A stretch of DNA of 59,062 bases, the filler included, from Stramenopiles sp. TOSAG23-2 (Eukaryota), in assembly GCA_900128395.1 (NCBI GenBank). It is 6 parts of 6 records of this genome, joined end to end, with 100 filler letters (N's around TTAATTAATTAA, not from the genome) between each part and the next. Parts side by side here need not be neighbours in the genome. Positions count along the whole stretch, not along the records: positions 49,319 to 59,062 come from LT650083.1; 5 more parts are not named here. One strand, 5' to 3'. Below the pieces are notes generated by a model that worked only from the letters and a program-made list of their open reading frames with translations, was not told the origin of the DNA and ran no database searches. Shown here in pieces: positions 55,345 to 59,062 of the stretch. Numbering within the stretch: position 1 is the first letter of the stretch; each line of letters begins with the position of its first letter. The position numbers and the translations under genes were made by a program.

Positions 55345-58300
55345 ATGGGGGATTTCTTTTTTGATGTAGATACGACTGGTAAATTTACAAATGATGATGA
55401 TATTATTGAAGAGGAAAAGAAGTTAAGTAAACAAAATAATGTGAATTCATATCAACATTTATTATCGTCCAAATCGTCATCTAGAAGAAGTTATATCAAA
55501 AGAAAGAAGAAAAAGCCCACTATATCTGCAGCAAGCGATATATGGGGTAACGGTACATCTTCTACGAATGCAAATAACTCAGCATCAACGACAACCACTA
55601 CTACTACTACTACAGCAACAACCACTACTGCTTTCACCAATAATAATTGTAATAATAACAACTATAATTTTTTCAACCAGGAACAGCAAGACACTCAACC
55701 TAAAAAACGTTTCAAAAAAACAAGCGCCAGTGCAGCCAATGATGTTTTGGATGATTTCTTTGGTACTGTAAATTATAAAAAAAAGAAAAATGTAACAACA
55801 AAGGACAATAACTCTTCAAATGCGAACTCTATTGGTATGATGATGATGATGCCGGAAACAAATTCAACTCAAGGTTATGGTAACAGCAGGAGAAATGAAG
55901 CGCAACAAAAAAAAAATAATAATAATAAGAAAAAGCCTCTTTATAATGAAAACCACGGTCTCTTAAGAGATTTTGATGATGATAGTAGTGAAAATGATTC
56001 TGATGATGAATTTGGAAAGGATGATGGGTATTTCATTTGGCCAAAACTAAATATAAATTCTTCAAAAGTTACCCATTCAAAAAATAAGCAAATTCCTCTT
56101 CTACTTGATGATGATCCTCCTGATCATCATCCAAATTCAAATCCAATATCTTTAGCTGCTTCTGCAAATGGATTTCTTCGCGACTACCAACGAGTCGGCG
56201 TGAGATGGTTATATAGCAGATATAAAGATAATTTTGGTGGTGTCCTCGGAGATGAAATGGGTTTAGGGAAGACGGTTCAAGTTATATGCTTCATAGCTGC
56301 GATATTAGGTAAAACCCATACTATACAAGATGAAAAAAATTGGCAAAAAAGAGTAAATTTTGCAAATAAATGTTTAGATAAGAGAAAAGTCCCTAACTTT
56401 AAAAGTTTCCATTGGTTTCGTCCAATACTCGTAGTATTGCCCGCTTCATTATTGGATCAATGGAAAAGTGAATTTAATCTATGGGGTTGTTTTGACGTTC
56501 AAATTGGACGGTCTAGGACGAAGATTGCTAAATATTTAGACATGGCTAAATATGGCTTAATCGAGATTTTAGTAATGTCATATGAGCAATTAAGGACTAA
56601 TATGGATGGAATAGTTGAGATCGATTGGTCTCTTATCATATTTGATGAAGCGCATAGATTGAAATCAAAGACCAGTGCATTATCAAAACAGATACTGAGG
56701 CTTCGACATATTAAATGTAAACTTGCATTAACTGGTACACCTATGCAAAACGATATGGAAGAATTATGGTATTTCTTCAATATTATTTGTGAAAATGCAC
56801 TTGGGGGGGAAAAAGATTTTTCAGAGTTTTATCGCAGGCCCATTTTGTTAGGTCGTAAAAATAATGCTTCTAAACAGCAACTTGGGCAAGCTAGAGAGAG
56901 AACAGAAATGCTACATCAACTGATTAGTACCATGATGCTACAACGTAAGAAAGATATAATAGCGCATCAATTACCGAAGAAAGAGGAAAAAGTGGTGTTT
57001 TGTCGAATGTCTGATCTCCAACAGCGAGTGTATCAACGTGTTTTATCGTCGATTGATTTTCAAACTGTGTTAAGACGGAATGAAGAGTGTGATTGCGACA
57101 ATAGTTGCGGAAAGCGAGGAGAATGTTGCTATCAAACGGTACCAAGTCCAATAGAATTATTTGAAGAGTATTGCGATCAAAATGGCATAGCAGATGTAGA
57201 AGATGCATGGAATCATTTAGCAGATGAAGAGAAGGAACCATATGAAATCAATGGGGGTATTTTGTACCCGTACTACCACCCGCATTGGAAAACTCCACAT
57301 AAAACAGATTGTAAAAGCTGCCCGAGATGTCTCATGCTTCCATGTACATCAGTTTTAACTAAGATATCATGTCATTTAGAATTGTTAAAACCACAAAAAA
57401 AATCTCATCCAAATGAGCAAGAATTTCATAGAAAAGTCGCAAAGATGGCATTTCGAGGAGAAGAAGATTTAGTGGGTGGCATTAACCCTTTGTCCAACTT
57501 CATGCAATTAGCAGATGTTGAGCATTGTGGAAAAATGAGAACGTTAAATAAACTTATACCATTGTGGCAAAGGGATCAACATAAATTATTGATTTTTAGT
57601 AATTATACAAGGGTATTAGATGTTCTAGAAAGTTATTTGAAAAGCAAAGGCGCATCATTTTTGCGCTTGGATGGATCTACTAGTTCTAATTTACGACTAG
57701 GTATGTGCGATCAGTTTAATTCTGACAGTTCCATTTTTTGTTTCTTGATCTCTACGAAAGCTGGTGGTGTAGGTTTGAATTTAACAGGTGCTTCTCGTGT
57801 TGTTATATTTGACCCAGATTGGAACCCAGCAAATGATTTACAAGCACAAGATCGTGCATTTCGTATTGGTCAAAAGCAAGATGTACGCGTATATCGTTTG
57901 ATTTCATCCGGTTCAATTGAAGAAATGAAATATATAAGGCAAATGTATAAAACGCAAGTGAATAATACAGTCTTGAACGAAACCATTGAAATGAGGTATT
58001 TTGACGGCGTGGCCAAAGATTCTACGCAAAAAGGAGACATTTTTGGGATTGAAAATTTATGGAAATTAGATCCAAATGGCCATATGAAAACCTTTTTAAA
58101 GAAAACTTCGAAGAGACGAAAGAAAAGGAATAGATCAAACGATGGGGAATCGTCATCAATAACCGCAACTTCTAGCAACGACGTTGAAAGTGATACTTTT
58201 AATGACCCAGATTTTGAAATTGCTGATGACATGGTATCATCGAAAGCATTAGCGTCAAAGAAAAATAGCAATAATACTATTACCAATAATGGTGGTGACA

Positions 58301-59062
58301 ATAATAGCAATGAAATCAATGAGTTGAATAAAATTGGTGGCATAGGAGCTACCGATAGTACCATGGCAAATAGGAATAGCGTAGATGGTGAAAAAAAGAC
58401 AAGTGAGCTAAACAACGATGAATCAACATCCACCGTAGATGATGGTGATCTTGACACAGCATTTTCTAGTACTGATTTATTTGGTGCAAATGAAAAGGAA
58501 AGAAATTATGTACGTCGTGCAAGAGAAGATTTTGAAAATGGTCTACTAAAACAAGATACAAATGGTGGTTTTGGTTTGTCTTCCAACAATAATTTTGGAA
58601 ATTCACATGGTTTCACTAATAATAATAATGATAGTAAGATGGATATAGTAAATTTCTCTGATGAGGATGATGATGGCAATTCAGAATATTTTATAAACGA
58701 AAATACCCCAAAAAAATCCACTGAATTAAATCAAGGTGCTGCAAAAAATATAGCTAACTTTGAGAAGAAACAAGCCAGGAAAGCATTAAAAACTCGTAAA
58801 CGTAGGAATAGATCAAAAGGAAAGAAAGAAATAACTTCTTCAACTGATTCTACGACTACTTCGACTACTGCTACCACAGCTATTTCAAATGTTGCAACAA
58901 CATCAAATAATAGTGGACCAGAAATTCATAGTGAAAATACTGAAGGAAGCACAACTGCGCTTGTCGATTCTATTAAAGATTTATCAGAAAAATTTAACGG
59001 TGATGTTAAATTGATGGCGGAGTATATTAGAAAAAAATGTTCACAAGGGAAGAAAACTTAAA
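55345..59062 (+). CDS. SNF2-family ATPase, ERCC6L2/Rad26L (plant SWI2)-like; 3'-truncated
   Basis: LRDYQ, LGDEMGLGKTVQ, DEAH, LTGTPMQN, FLISTKAGGVGLNLTGA and DWNPANDLQAQDRAFRIGQ; Cys-rich insert with SCPRCLMLPC...ISCHLELLKP typical of the subfamily; no stop before the window end. Confidence 0.92.

Overview
This is AT-rich eukaryotic nuclear DNA in the standard genetic code, with few GT-AG introns and many poly-N/T/S/K microsatellite tracts. Gene content suggests a flagellated protist, possibly a stramenopile (inference only). The window is not one locus. It is six contigs of steadily decreasing length (9778, 9766, 9765, 9758, 9751, 9744 bp) joined by identical 100-bp N44-TTAATTAATTAA-N44 spacers, so neighbourhoods across spacers carry no meaning. 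About 21 genes are supported. Recognisable ones are a twin-CX9C protein, NOL9/Grc3, a cAMP-receptor-like GPCR, NKAP-like, TMEM151-like, calmodulin-like, RWD/SANT/CHY, PIH1, PIG-S, a Cys-repeat multi-TM receptor and an ERCC6L2-like SNF2 ATPase. The most unusual items are: (1) a complete two-domain voltage-gated channel with TLEDW filters in both repeats; (2) a 1748-aa protein with EF-hand pairs inserted inside FN3 domains, two PriCT-2-like motifs and a plant C3H62-like C-terminal domain; (3) a possible bicistronic CX9C-NOL9 locus; (4) a CX5R phosphatase-like protein with a novel internal repeat; (5) recurrent TACCWGGTA (5') and TATACGAGTAT (3') intergenic motifs on unlinked contigs; (6) a repeat-rich, gene-free 2-kb contig end. 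All family assignments come from motif recognition by eye; no searches were run.
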